Origin: Patescibacteria group bacterium | Lineage (GTDB): Bacteria > Patescibacteriota > Minisyncoccia > Phycocordibacterales > JBBTRF01 | Reading direction: 5' to 3' | NCBI GenBank assembly: GCA_038065315.1 | Contig: JBBTRF010000002.1 | Location: forward strand, 12,021-76,020 | Length of the DNA stretch: 64,000 nucleotides | In this document: positions 9,696-20,372 of the stretch, piece after piece | Position numbering within the stretch: the stretch's first letter is position 1 | How the letters are laid out: each line of letters begins with the position of its first letter | Program-made: the position numbers and the translations under genes | Notes under the pieces: generated by a model | Told to the model about the DNA's origin: nothing | Seen by the model: only the letters and a program-made list of their open reading frames with translations | Databases searched by the model: none

Positions 9696-10922
9696 ATGAA
9701 GCGAATCCTCATTTTTTCCCTTGTCTACTATCCGCGCTTCATTGGAGGGGCTGAGATTGCGATCAAGGAAATCACCGACCGAATTTTGCCTTCGGACATT
9801 GAATTCGATATGGTGACATTGCGGCTTGACAGGCGCCTCCCGAAATACGAGAAAATTGGCAATGTGAACGTGCACCGAGTTGGTTTTGCGGGAGATTGTG
9901 TCGACTCAGCGGATTCATTGAAGTTTCCGTTGAAATTGAACAAGTACTTGTTGCCATTTATTGGAGCGTGGAAGGCGCGACAATTGCATCGAGAGAAAGC
10001 ATACGATGCGACGTGGGCGATGATGGCCAACTATGCCGGCTTTGCAGGACTCTTCTTCAAGTGGTTGCGGCCGGAGGTGCCTTTTTTGCTCACCTTGCAA
10101 GAAGGCGATCCAATTCCGTATATTAAAAAGCGAGTGGGGTTGCTGTACCCAATCTTCCGACAGATCTTTGTGCGAGCCGATCAGGTGCAGGCGATTTCGC
10201 AATACCTTGCTGACTTTGCAACAGAGATGGGACACACGGGAAAAGTGGCAGTGGTGCCGAATGGTGTGGATGTGGAGCACTTTGCACATCGCGTGCCAGA
10301 CATTGAACTGACCGCGTTGAAGGACGCGCTGGGAAAGAAATATACCGATGAATTTTTGGTGACGACGTCACGACTGGTGGTGAAGAATGCGGTCGGGGAT
10401 ATTATTCGCGCGCTCGCGCTGTTGCCAGAACAGGTGAAATTACTCATTCTCGGTGTTGGCTATTTGGAAAATCAATTGCGTCAGCTCGCGCGCGAGCTCA
10501 AAGTCGCCGACCGCGTGCAATTTCTCGGCCACGTGTCGCACGTAGACATGCCAAAGTATCTTCACATCTCCGATGTCTTCGTGCGACCAGCGCTTTCCGA
10601 AGGGTTTGGTAATTCCTTCATTGAGGCTATGGCGGCTGGTATTCCGGTGATTGCCACGCCAGTGGGCGGCATCGTTGATTTCCTCACCTCTCCTGAACAG
10701 ACGGCGAAGATGGAAGCCGAGCGTGGCAAGTATGCAGCGAAGCCCGCAACCGGACTTTTCTGTCAGGTGGAGGATCCAAAGAGTATCGCTGTACAGGTGA
10801 AACGATTGGACGATCGACAGCTCCGTGATGTCTTGGTGCACAATGCCAAGGCGATGGTGGCCGAGAAGTATGATTGGTCGCTGGTCGCTCGCAACATGAA
10901 AGATTGGTTGGGCAAGGTATAA
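9696..10922 (+). CDS. Glycosyltransferase family 4
   Basis: GGAE, VVPNGVD, SRLVVKN, EGFGNSFIEAMAAG. Confidence 0.92.
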   Translation: MKRILIFSLVYYPRFIGGAEIAIKEITDRILPSDIEFDMVTLRLDRRLPKYEKIGNVNVHRVGFAGDCVDSADSLKFPLKLNKYLLPFIGAWKARQLHREKAYDATWAMMANYAGFAGLFFKWLRPEVPFLLTLQEGDPIPYIKKRVGLLYPIFRQIFVRADQVQAISQYLADFATEMGHTGKVAVVPNGVDVEHFAHRVPDIELTALKDALGKKYTDEFLVTTSRLVVKNAVGDIIRALALLPEQVKLLILGVGYLENQLRQLARELKVADRVQFLGHVSHVDMPKYLHISDVFVRPALSEGFGNSFIEAMAAGIPVIATPVGGIVDFLTSPEQTAKMEAERGKYAAKPATGLFCQVEDPKSIAVQVKRLDDRQLRDVLVHNAKAMVAEKYDWSLVARNMKDWLGKV

Positions 10923-10923
10923 T

Positions 10924-12222
10924 ATGTCCATGAAGCGTTCCCAGCTCCCCGCGGTAGTGATGGTCTCGACCGATCTCTCTATTCTCAAAGAAGGGAGCCC
11001 GGCGCATCGCCGCATGCGTGAGTACGGTAATTTGTTTGCCGAATTGCACATTGTGCTGTTTACCCGACGTTTTGGAAAACGTGCGTCGAGAATGGGCGGG
11101 TCGAATGTGTCACGTGGCGTTCTTGTGCCCGCGACGATTCAGATCGGTCAGAATGTCTTGGTGCACAGCACACAATCGTGGAGTCGCTGGTGTTTTGTGC
11201 GGGATGGCGTGCGCGTGGGTCGCGCGGTGCTCGCGCGCCTGCTCAAGCGCACGCCGTCGAATCAGATCGTCATCTCCACACAGGATCCATTCGAGACCGG
11301 CTTGGTGGGGAAGCGACTCGCGGATAAGTTTGCCTTGGCGTTGCAGGTGCAGGTGCATACCGATTTTATGTCTCCGTATTTTTGTTGGCCAACATTCTCT
11401 TTCGTCGGCTTGTTGAATCGAATGCGTCGTCGCATTGCGCGCGCCGTGCTGGCGCGCGCTTCTTCGGTGCGAGTGGTTTCGGAGCGCATTAGAAAATCGC
11501 TCATGGGTTCTCATGTTTGGCACCCAGATCACATTCAAGTCTTGCCGATCTACGTCGACCCATTTGCCTGGGCGCTTTCGCAAGATGTACACGCTCGAGT
11601 GGGTGGCGAAAGGGAGGCAGATTGGGTACAGTTGCCGCATTGGGAAACGACAGGTTTGATGGCCTGCCGGCTCACCAAAGAGAAGCAGGTGGACCTCGCT
11701 TTACGGGCCTTTGCCAAGGCGGTCCGGGTGGCACCGAAAACAGGTCTTATTATCGCCGGGGAAGGCCCAGAAAGGCCCCACCTTGAGCGTTTGGCCCGTA
11801 AACTAGGAATTGAGCACCAGGTGCTTTTTGTAGGCTGGCAGAGGCGTTTATTGCCCTTCTTCCATTCGGCCGATTTTCTGCTTTCCACTTCGCTTTTCGA
11901 GGGGTATGGGATGACGATGGTGGAGGCGATGCTCGCCGGTATGCCGGTGATTTCCAGCGACACAGGTATTGCCGGCAGTCTGCTGATTGATGGTCGAAAT
12001 GGGTACGTGTTTCCATTGGGCGCAGGGAATGCGAAAGAAGCCGAAAATCAGCTCTTCACCAAAATGACCAAGCTCATCATGCATCCGGAATTGCGCGAAC
12101 AGTTTGGCGAGGCTGCTGCGCGCGATGCGCGCAAGCATGCCTACCCGAGCCACGGGGCGTATCTGAAGGCGTACCAAGAAGGCGTGCTGTCCGCGTTGAG
12201 TTCACGGGTTTCACGCGGCTAA
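10924..12222 (+). CDS. Glycosyltransferase family 4
   Basis: RLTKEK, GEGP, EGYGMTMVEAM. Confidence 0.9.
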   Translation: MSMKRSQLPAVVMVSTDLSILKEGSPAHRRMREYGNLFAELHIVLFTRRFGKRASRMGGSNVSRGVLVPATIQIGQNVLVHSTQSWSRWCFVRDGVRVGRAVLARLLKRTPSNQIVISTQDPFETGLVGKRLADKFALALQVQVHTDFMSPYFCWPTFSFVGLLNRMRRRIARAVLARASSVRVVSERIRKSLMGSHVWHPDHIQVLPIYVDPFAWALSQDVHARVGGEREADWVQLPHWETTGLMACRLTKEKQVDLALRAFAKAVRVAPKTGLIIAGEGPERPHLERLARKLGIEHQVLFVGWQRRLLPFFHSADFLLSTSLFEGYGMTMVEAMLAGMPVISSDTGIAGSLLIDGRNGYVFPLGAGNAKEAENQLFTKMTKLIMHPELREQFGEAAARDARKHAYPSHGAYLKAYQEGVLSALSSRVSRG

Positions 12223-12232
12223 TTTTTCTATC

Positions 12233-12658
12233 ATGCCTCCAACTCAACTTCCACTTCTTGAACGCTGTATGTTGGTTGTACGATATGGCATCGCCGGGGG
12301 CACTGCCGCGGCCATTGATGTCGGTTTTCTGTATGCACTGACGCATTACGCCGGTTGGTATTATCTATATGCCGCAGCATTCGCCTACACATGCTCTTTT
12401 TTTGCTCGGTTCTTCCTCCAAAAACATTTTGCATTCCGCGCCGCCGACACGAAGACAGTCGCTTTCGAATTTGGTAGCTACGCCGTTCTTTCCGGCTGGA
12501 GTGTGGTGGCGAGTTTCGGTCTCCTGAAGCTCTTTGTTGACGGCTTCGGTTGGTGGCCGGTATACTCGCAGGTCGCAGTGACGCTCCTCATTGCGGTGGT
12601 GAGCTTTTTTGTGTATCGTTTCGTTATCTTCAAGGCCAAGGGGGCGCCAAACGAATGA
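12233..12658 (+). CDS. GtrA family protein
   Basis: 141 aa, 4 TM; RYGIAGG and FFLQKHFAF. Confidence 0.85.
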   Translation: MPPTQLPLLERCMLVVRYGIAGGTAAAIDVGFLYALTHYAGWYYLYAAAFAYTCSFFARFFLQKHFAFRAADTKTVAFEFGSYAVLSGWSVVASFGLLKLFVDGFGWWPVYSQVAVTLLIAVVSFFVYRFVIFKAKGAPNE

Positions 12659-13701
12659 AACTCCTCATCATCACCCAAAAAGTCGATCAGAATGACCCGG
12701 TGCTTGGATTCATGCATGGTTGGCTACATGCCTTCGCCGAGCGATCGGAGAAGTTGACCGTGATCTGTCTCCAAAAAGGCGAGCATGCCTTACCGCCCAA
12801 TGTGCGAGTGCTGTCGCTTGGCAAAGAAAGTGGTGTGCCGCGCTGCGGGTATATTGCGAATTTTTTCCGCTATGCGTGGCAGTATCGTGCCGACCACGAT
12901 GCTGTGTTTGTTCATATGAATCAGGAATATTTGCTTCTCGGCGGCTGGCTCTGGAAATTGCTCGGCAAGAAATGCTTTATGTGGCGCAATCATCATTCGG
13001 GTGATTGGCGAACCCATCTGGCGGCGATGTTCTGTGGCGCAGTGTTTTGCACTTCGAAATATTCGTACACTGCGCGTTTCAAGAAGACCAAGCTGATGCC
13101 GGTGGGGATTGATACGGAAATTTTTAGGCCGACCTCATCGATTTCGTCCGGTGCGTCCTCGATGGTCAATCGAAACGTTCTTTTTCTTGCGCGCATGGCT
13201 CCGGTGAAGAAGCCGCACGTGCTCATTGAGGCTGTTTCGATGTTGGCAAAAAGAGGCGTGGCCGTGAAACTTGATTTGTATGGTGACCCGTTGCCGGCCG
13301 ATGTAGGATATTATGAAGGCTTGAAAGATATGGTGAAGCGCGAAGGGTTGGATGAGCAGGTGAAGTTTTTTGCAGGTATTCCAAATATGCAGACGGTCGC
13401 GGTGTATCAGTCGCATGACGTGTGCGTGAATTTGAGTTCGAGCGGGATGTACGACAAGACGATTTTTGAGGCGATGGCTTGTGGCAGCTTGGTGTTGGTA
13501 TCAAATCGCAACCTGGAAGGTGTGATTGATTCACGTTGTATATTCAAAGAAGGTGATGTTGCGGACTTGGCGGCAAAGCTATCTGCGTTGCTCAGTCTCA
13601 GTATTTCCGAACGGTCGAATATCATTGCGCGATTGAGGACTGTCGCGGAAGAAAACAATCTGAAGACCTTGGTGGGAAGGCTAATTACCGCGATGTCATG
13701 A
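12655..13701 (+). CDS. Glycosyltransferase family 4
   Basis: MKLLIITQKVD, RMAPVK, DKTIFEAMACG; ATGA overlap with gtrA. Confidence 0.88.
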   Translation: MKLLIITQKVDQNDPVLGFMHGWLHAFAERSEKLTVICLQKGEHALPPNVRVLSLGKESGVPRCGYIANFFRYAWQYRADHDAVFVHMNQEYLLLGGWLWKLLGKKCFMWRNHHSGDWRTHLAAMFCGAVFCTSKYSYTARFKKTKLMPVGIDTEIFRPTSSISSGASSMVNRNVLFLARMAPVKKPHVLIEAVSMLAKRGVAVKLDLYGDPLPADVGYYEGLKDMVKREGLDEQVKFFAGIPNMQTVAVYQSHDVCVNLSSSGMYDKTIFEAMACGSLVLVSNRNLEGVIDSRCIFKEGDVADLAAKLSALLSLSISERSNIIARLRTVAEENNLKTLVGRLITAMS

Positions 13702-14354
13702 TTGCCCCTTCTCACATTTCTCTGTTTTGGTATTTATTGAAGTCTGTGTCGAAAGGACAGAGCGTGTTGCGTGCGTTGATGAACCGGTCTCTGTCTGATG
13801 AGATAATCCGCAGGAAAGTGGTAGACGTTGGTGGTGGGCGACATCCGGATTATTTTTCTTTTTTGAAAAAAGAAGGAGATGTTTCAATTGAGGCGCTCGA
13901 TGCTTCGATCAGCAAGATTGATTTTGAAAAAGATGTGTTGCCGTACCCTACGGCTTCTGTGGATACGGTGATCTGTTGCAACGTTTTGGAGCACATCTAC
14001 CACTACATTTTTTTGACAGGAGAAATGCATCGGGTGTTGAAGCCGGGGGGCTCGTTGATAGGCTTCGTGCCTTTTTTGATAAACTATCATCCCGATCCGC
14101 ATGATTATTTTCGATACACCAAGGAATCGCTCGTGCGTATTTTTGGGGAGGCCGGTTTTTCCAAGGTGGCCGTGCGGGAGGTGGGTGCTGGACCGATCTT
14201 GCTGAATTTCAACAATATTGTGTTGTCGTTGCCGATTTTCTTGCGACCGCTTTTGCTGCCGTTCTATTATTGGGCCGATGTCATAGTCCTGGCGCTGCGG
14301 CCGGGTTTGCGTACACGCTATCCGATGGGGTATATTTTCGTTGCACATGCGTAA
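13698..14354 (+). CDS. Class I SAM-dependent methyltransferase
   Basis: VVDVGGG, NVLEH, RVLKPGG, HPDPHDYFRY. Confidence 0.85.
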   Translation: MIAPSHISLFWYLLKSVSKGQSVLRALMNRSLSDEIIRRKVVDVGGGRHPDYFSFLKKEGDVSIEALDASISKIDFEKDVLPYPTASVDTVICCNVLEHIYHYIFLTGEMHRVLKPGGSLIGFVPFLINYHPDPHDYFRYTKESLVRIFGEAGFSKVAVREVGAGPILLNFNNIVLSLPIFLRPLLLPFYYWADVIVLALRPGLRTRYPMGYIFVAHA

Positions 14355-15558
14355 TCTTTTTCTCATTTTTCATGGGAGGTTTCCGAGCGAGAAGGCCGCG
14401 GCTTTGTTTGCCGCGAAGAGCGCCGAGGCGTTTGCTGGCCAGGGACTCGAGACCACCATCGTGGCGCCTCGACGCCTCGGCCGCTCGAAGCAGTCGGCCT
14501 CGGCCTTTTACGGCGTTCGTGCCACCTTCGGGGTCGAGTATCTACCCGTCATCGATCTATTTTGGTTGCCATTCGTAAACCGCTTTTCGACCACACGAAA
14601 AATAGCCTTCTTTGTCAGCTTCGCCAGCTTCAGCCTCTCGTGCACCTACTTTTTTGCCATCCGACTTGCCAAAAGAGCGACGCGTTCCGAGACCATACTC
14701 TTCTCAAATGAATGGCTGCCACTTTTGGCACTGTCCTTCCTCTCAAAAAACACATTCTACGAGATGCATGATTTTCCAGAGAGTGGCCATGCTTTCTTTG
14801 TCCGCTTTCTGTGCCGGATGCGCTGGGTATTGATCCATAATCGCTGGAAGTCCGAAAAAGCACAGAGCCTTTTCGGAATCGACTCGGAGAAAATCCTATG
14901 TCGGGCAAATGCCGTCGACATCACACAATTTGCGATACCGCTTTCGAAGGTCGAGGCTCGCAAGCAGCTGACTCAGGCACATCCATGGATCGCCGCTCTC
15001 GCACCAGATACAAAGCTGGTGATGTACACAGGACATCTCTATGGCTGGAAGGGAGTCGACACTCTCGCTGCTGCGAGCGCTCTGCTATCTCCTAATACAA
15101 AGACGATCTTTGTCGGCGGAACACCGGCTGATGTTGCATCTTTCAAACTTCGACACGCCGAAGTAATCTCGAACGGCAAGGTGGTGGTGATCGGTCACCG
15201 ACCTCACACCGAGATCCCTGTGTGGCAGAAGGCTGCCGATGTCCTGGTGCTCCCAAATACCGCGAAGGAAGATATCTCTAAATACTACACCTCGCCAATG
15301 AAGCTGTTTGAGTACATGGCGAGCAATCGGCCGATTGTTGCTTCGGATATTCCGTCTATCCGCGAGATTGCCGACGATCACTCAGTCCTTTTTGTACCCG
15401 CCGACGACGCAGAGGCACTCGCGAAAGGCATTTCCAGGATGATCGACGAACCAGCGCTTTCCAATAGTCTCGCAAGGGCCGCATTTGAGCAGGTGAAGGC
15501 AAATACATGGCAGGCCCGCGCCGCGGAGATTTGCGCTTTTGTCCATCGGCAGAAATAG
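14347..15558 (+). CDS. Glycosyltransferase family 4
   Basis: YTGHLYGWKG, SPMKLFEYMAS. Confidence 0.9.
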   Translation: MRNLFLIFHGRFPSEKAAALFAAKSAEAFAGQGLETTIVAPRRLGRSKQSASAFYGVRATFGVEYLPVIDLFWLPFVNRFSTTRKIAFFVSFASFSLSCTYFFAIRLAKRATRSETILFSNEWLPLLALSFLSKNTFYEMHDFPESGHAFFVRFLCRMRWVLIHNRWKSEKAQSLFGIDSEKILCRANAVDITQFAIPLSKVEARKQLTQAHPWIAALAPDTKLVMYTGHLYGWKGVDTLAAASALLSPNTKTIFVGGTPADVASFKLRHAEVISNGKVVVIGHRPHTEIPVWQKAADVLVLPNTAKEDISKYYTSPMKLFEYMASNRPIVASDIPSIREIADDHSVLFVPADDAEALAKGISRMIDEPALSNSLARAAFEQVKANTWQARAAEICAFVHRQK

Positions 15559-15582
15559 CGGAATAGCACAGGATACATTCAC

Positions 15583-17004
15583 ATGAAACTCACGCTAAAG
15601 AATTTTTTCAAAACATATCGCTGGGAGACCATCATTTTTGGTGTCGCTCTCGCGTTACGTCTCGTGCTATTTTTTGTGAACTTACAACACAATCAATACG
15701 CCTTGATCCCGACGATCCACGCCGACGATGGTTGGTATGAATTGAGTCAAAGTGCTTTGCGACAACACGGATTTCTTGGGGAAGTGGACCCGCCTTTCCG
15801 TGCCAACCCGCTACGACCACCGCTGTGGCCGTACCTCATCGCGCTCTTCGCCTTCGTATTCCAGAGTTACTGGGCAGTGGTTTTCATTGAGTTGATCGCC
15901 AGTGCTTGTATCCCGGTGTTCGGCTACCGACTCTGTCGGCAGGTCTTTTTGGGCAGTTTTTTGGCTGACGCCGATCGTGTCGCGAAATGGGTAAGCGTAG
16001 CGATGGTCGTTTCGCCATACCCCGTACTTCTTTCGTTTCTTTTGTATTCGGAAACGTGCTTCACTTTCTTCCTTCTTCTCGGACTTATTTTCTTGTTCCG
16101 ATTTTTCAAGGAGCAGAGTTGGCGTATGCTCGTCTGGTCGGCAGTGTTCCTCGGCTTGGCGACCTTGGTGAAGCCGACCATTCAGTATGTGCCGATCCTC
16201 GTGCCGCTTTTCATGCTCTGGTATTTTTGGCAGACGATGACGAAAAAGATAATTTGGCAGATGCTCGCCTTCGTCCTTGTCTTCATGGCAATCTTGATGC
16301 CATGGCTGGTACGAAACCGGGTTGAATTCGGCGTTTGGGGGATGAGTGCTCAGCCGGCATTCAACCTCGCGGTGTATCTGGCCCCGACTGTTCTGTCGAT
16401 CGACAACCGCACGAATTTTCAGACTGAGCTCGATGCTATTAGAAAGCGACCAGGGTTTGATGAAAACGGTATCACTTTGGTGACCAGCAAAACGTACGCC
16501 TCTGAAGCTCTTGCGACCATCTTCCAACATAAAACCGCCCTTGTACAATCTGTGGCGAACACGACCATCACCTTTTTCACCCACGACGGCATGCTCACTA
16601 TTTTGCAATATTCTGGAATTGTCGTGCCCAACATTCTCACCAAGCCTGCCTTGTGGCTGCTACTGCATGAGCCGCTGACCTTGCTGAAGGCAATCAGCCA
16701 CTACGCATTCTCTCCGGCGATCCTCATTCTCATCTTCCGCATTCTTTGGATAGTGATCACGGTATTCTTTCTCCGGGGCGCATATTCCGCGCTTGCACAA
16801 AAAGACAAAAACGGGAACCGCTCAGTCGCAGACAAAAAGCTCCTCGTACTTGCACTTTGTATCGTCCTGTACTTCATGGCCACCACCTCGATCAACGGAC
16901 TCGGCGTGAATGCCCGTTTTCGCGTACCGGTGGAGGTGTTCATCTTCATGTTCTCGTTCTATGGACTTTTTGAGGCAAGGCGTACTATACTGTCGAAACT
17001 ATGA
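15583..17004 (+). CDS. GT-C fold membrane glycosyltransferase (PMT_2/ArnT-like)
   Basis: About 11 TM; DD...Y, RPPLWP, SE, LATLVKP, PWLVRN, ARFRVP. Confidence 0.8.
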   Translation: MKLTLKNFFKTYRWETIIFGVALALRLVLFFVNLQHNQYALIPTIHADDGWYELSQSALRQHGFLGEVDPPFRANPLRPPLWPYLIALFAFVFQSYWAVVFIELIASACIPVFGYRLCRQVFLGSFLADADRVAKWVSVAMVVSPYPVLLSFLLYSETCFTFFLLLGLIFLFRFFKEQSWRMLVWSAVFLGLATLVKPTIQYVPILVPLFMLWYFWQTMTKKIIWQMLAFVLVFMAILMPWLVRNRVEFGVWGMSAQPAFNLAVYLAPTVLSIDNRTNFQTELDAIRKRPGFDENGITLVTSKTYASEALATIFQHKTALVQSVANTTITFFTHDGMLTILQYSGIVVPNILTKPALWLLLHEPLTLLKAISHYAFSPAILILIFRILWIVITVFFLRGAYSALAQKDKNGNRSVADKKLLVLALCIVLYFMATTSINGLGVNARFRVPVEVFIFMFSFYGLFEARRTILSKL

Positions 17005-18668
17005 AATTGTCGATCATCATCCCGTGCTTCAATGAGAAGGCCACGATTCGTGAGATTCTGAAGCGAGTACAGAGTGTGCCGCTCGTGGGCTGGGAGAAGG
17101 AGGTCATTGTCGTCGACGATGCTTCGACCGACGGAACTGTCGATATTTTGAAGGATCTGTTGGCTAAAAAGGGCGAAACGCAGCCTGGTCTGAAGGTCTG
17201 TTTCCAATCAAAGAATGGCGGGAAAGGCAGTGCGGTGAAGCGCGGCATCGCCGAAGCGACCGGCGACTACCTGCTCATCCAAGATGCTGATCTCGAATAC
17301 AATCCGGCTGAGATTCCGAGCTTGCTCAAACTCATTGGCACCAAACTGCCTGATGGACGGATCGTGGATACAGTGTATGGGTCGCGTAACCTTTTTCACG
17401 TAGCACGCAAAGGCTTTTTGATCCCCCGCGCTGGTGTGTGGCTGATCACTAAATTAGTTGACCTCATGTACGGACAAAAGCTCACCGATGTCTGGACGTG
17501 CTACAAGCTCTTTCCAAAAGCGGCGGGGAAGTATTTTGTGGCCGGCGGCTTTGAATCGGAAATTGTCTTCACACTCGCAGCGATTCGCAAAGGATACGTG
17601 ATCGCCGAAGGGCCGATTTCCCACGCACCACGCGATGTGGAGCACGGCAAGAAGATCCGCTACCGAGATGGGGTTCACGCGATCATTGCCATTTTTTCTG
17701 ACCGACTGCTGCATCTCAGAAAGCCGGCTCATGAGAATGTGAAAAATATGGAGACGTACCAGGCGGCTCTGCGTGCACCGCACACATTGCAATCCCTTGC
17801 TTCGGAGGTTCTTGCGGCTACGGCTATTCAGGGTGAGCAAAAAGGTTTGCGCGCTGTCGACGGTACGTTTTTTCGTATCGATGAAGCCGGTCGGCCGCAT
17901 TTGATCGAGAAGGCAGTCTTTGAATTGAACGAAGACGAGCATGTCTCCGGGATCAACTGGCTGAAATCGTTTCTGAAACAGTTTCCGAAATTGTACTACG
18001 CTGTGTGGCAGGTGGTGTGTCCAGTGATGATGCTGAAAAATGGACCGTCCATCCTCTGGAAACATGTTGAGAAGATGAATGGTGGGAAGCCGTTGGTGAT
18101 CGATGTTGGATCCGGTCCGGAGCGTCTCGGCAAGGATCTGGTGAATCTCGACGTCTTTCCATTTCCTGAAGTGGATATTGTGTCTGACGCGACAGCTCTG
18201 CCTTTTGCGACTGGTTCTGTGGATGGGGCAGTGAGTGAGTCAGTGTTCGAACATGTGCCACGAGCTGATTTGGTGGCGAAAGAGATGGTGCGCGTGCTCA
18301 AGCCGGGCGGCTATTTCTATGTGAGTGCGCCGTTTATCCACCCATATCATGCTTCGCCGGACGACTTCAATCGCTGGACGGTGAGCGGTCTGAAATTCCT
18401 CTTTACCGATCCCGAGCGTATGGCTGGCATGGAGGTGGAGATTGTGGAAACCGGCGTGCGATCCGGCCCATGGAGCGCCCTTCTGCTGTTTTTGGCATAT
18501 TGGCTTGGAGTCCTATTCTCCTTCGGCTACAAGCCAATTGCACCACTTTTAGCCCATATCTTCATGATCCCGCTCGGTCTCCTGAAATATCTCGACTACT
18601 TCTTCATGGTGTGGCCAGGCGCCGATGCAGTGGCGACTCATTTGTATGTGATCGGGCGGAAGCGCTAG
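17001..18668 (+). CDS. GT2 (polyprenol-phosphate glycosyltransferase-like) fused to a class I methyltransferase
   Basis: N-terminal IPCFNE, VDDASTDG, QDADLEY; C-terminal DVGSG, VFEH, RVLKPGG. Confidence 0.85.
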   Translation: MKLSIIIPCFNEKATIREILKRVQSVPLVGWEKEVIVVDDASTDGTVDILKDLLAKKGETQPGLKVCFQSKNGGKGSAVKRGIAEATGDYLLIQDADLEYNPAEIPSLLKLIGTKLPDGRIVDTVYGSRNLFHVARKGFLIPRAGVWLITKLVDLMYGQKLTDVWTCYKLFPKAAGKYFVAGGFESEIVFTLAAIRKGYVIAEGPISHAPRDVEHGKKIRYRDGVHAIIAIFSDRLLHLRKPAHENVKNMETYQAALRAPHTLQSLASEVLAATAIQGEQKGLRAVDGTFFRIDEAGRPHLIEKAVFELNEDEHVSGINWLKSFLKQFPKLYYAVWQVVCPVMMLKNGPSILWKHVEKMNGGKPLVIDVGSGPERLGKDLVNLDVFPFPEVDIVSDATALPFATGSVDGAVSESVFEHVPRADLVAKEMVRVLKPGGYFYVSAPFIHPYHASPDDFNRWTVSGLKFLFTDPERMAGMEVEIVETGVRSGPWSALLLFLAYWLGVLFSFGYKPIAPLLAHIFMIPLGLLKYLDYFFMVWPGADAVATHLYVIGRKR

Positions 18669-19588
18669 TAGTGGACCCAGGTGCAATATTTGTTGGGGAA
18701 GAAAGTGTTTTTTCCGGCATAGTATCCCCAATCGACTGGTTCGTTGGTCATCACGATGTGCGGAATGTTGCCGTAGTATGCCGCAAAGTCTCCGAAGGTG
18801 CTGTTGGAGCCAATCACGACATCGGCCTGGGCGAGCATGAAAAGATCCTCGACTGGTCCGTTTTTTGAGACGACAATGTTGAGACCGGCGAATACTGATT
18901 CATCGATCGGGCCGTCGGAGGCGATGACGAAACAGCTGTCTTTCGCGGCAGTACCGGCGTGCTGTAGGTATTCATTCAAGATTTCCCGTACTCGTTTCTG
19001 CTCGATGAAGTATGCGCCGTTCCGCCAAGTGCGATAGTCGCCTTGGCGGACATGTACCCCGACAATATTCTGATATCTTTGTCTGATTGGTGTCAGAAGA
19101 TCGTTCGCCGTTTTTTGGATTGAGGGCTTTGGCGCAAAATACGCTCGAATCTCATTTCGATATTTTTCCAAACCGACTGGGTTGCGGAAGAGCCAGCCGT
19201 CGAGGTATGAGCAATGTCCCGGCAAGGCCTCTTTCGATGTGGTCGGTGCAAGATAGAAGGGGATGTTGTCTGGATGCTCGTATGAAAAGATACGTTGCTT
19301 TTTGGTTAGAAACATTACGCGAGCATACCAAGAGTACGCTTTGCGCCAAAGTCGGCGACGGAAGGCGGTCTTGCGGCCGCGGTAGTCTTCAAAAGGGAGA
19401 AAAAAAGCCACTTTAAAAAGCCAATTGGGCGCCGCAGACATTTCAAAGCTACTGCCATATTCAAAAAAAGATGGGTTTTTGAGGTCGAGTCCGCGCTCCA
19501 GGCAGTATGCGTAGATGCTGGCGTAATTCCAGAGCTGGTTGGCGAGCTCGTTGCCGCCGGCCCCTATAATTGAGATTTTTTTAGACAT
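18665..19588 (-). CDS. GT11 / alpha-1,2-fucosyltransferase-like
   Basis: LANQL, GVHVRQGDY, SNSTF; start at MSKKI. Confidence 0.75.
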   Translation of the reverse strand: MSKKISIIGAGGNELANQLWNYASIYAYCLERGLDLKNPSFFEYGSSFEMSAAPNWLFKVAFFLPFEDYRGRKTAFRRRLWRKAYSWYARVMFLTKKQRIFSYEHPDNIPFYLAPTTSKEALPGHCSYLDGWLFRNPVGLEKYRNEIRAYFAPKPSIQKTANDLLTPIRQRYQNIVGVHVRQGDYRTWRNGAYFIEQKRVREILNEYLQHAGTAAKDSCFVIASDGPIDESVFAGLNIVVSKNGPVEDLFMLAQADVVIGSNSTFGDFAAYYGNIPHIVMTNEPVDWGYYAGKNTFFPNKYCTWVHY

Positions 19589-20372
19589 GTTTCGGACTCT
19601 TTTTGAAATGATAGAGACCGGTGCCAAAACCACGGGCTCGGTCGTACGTCTCATACATAGAGTCGCCGTAAATATATTTTTCTTCGACGACGACAAGGCC
19701 GGCAGCGAGTTCGAGCAGGTATTCGCGAGTGAAGGCCCGATGTGCGTTGAAATACACCTTGCTTTCACTGTCCACTGGCACGGTAAGGTACAGTGAGCCG
19801 CCTGGAGCGAGTACGCGAACCAGTTCTTTGAGTGCTTTTTCTGAACCGAGGGTATCGAGGGGATCTCCGTAGCGGCCGAGGCCAATATGTTCGATCACGC
19901 AAATAGAGCTGAGCGATGCAATCTCGCCGTCTTTGAAGGGGAGCTCAAGAATACTTCCTTTGACAAAAAAGAGTCCCGAAAGGGAAAGGGGAATTGGTCT
20001 AATGTCTACCATTGTTGTCGGCGTGAATTGTGAGATGATGCCGACCATGCTTGCTTGAGAACCAATGTCGTAGTGGTGGGACGGTTTCTGCTCAAAGATT
20101 TTTTTCGCACACCAGCAGCCTTGGAAAAAGTACACCGGGTCGAGGTGGTGGTTTGTCGTATTGTCGTAGATGCGAGGGTAGATGTCTTCGGTTTTCTGAA
20201 TGAACCGAGGGTTGATCGGGAGTTTTTGGAATGCTCGATACTCAGAAAGAAAACGGGACAATAATCTGAGTTTTGTGGCAAAAGAATACTTATTTTTTAG
20301 CGCGCGCAGGCAAACTACAGTCACCTTAAGCGGCGCCACTTTCTTGAGCGATTGTCGGAGGTTAAATGACAT
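19581..20372 (-). CDS. DUF268-like / methyltransferase-fold protein
   Basis: HYDIGS, VIEHIGLGRYGDPLD, FNAHR. Confidence 0.75.
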   Translation of the reverse strand: MSFNLRQSLKKVAPLKVTVVCLRALKNKYSFATKLRLLSRFLSEYRAFQKLPINPRFIQKTEDIYPRIYDNTTNHHLDPVYFFQGCWCAKKIFEQKPSHHYDIGSQASMVGIISQFTPTTMVDIRPIPLSLSGLFFVKGSILELPFKDGEIASLSSICVIEHIGLGRYGDPLDTLGSEKALKELVRVLAPGGSLYLTVPVDSESKVYFNAHRAFTREYLLELAAGLVVVEEKYIYGDSMYETYDRARGFGTGLYHFKKSPKHV

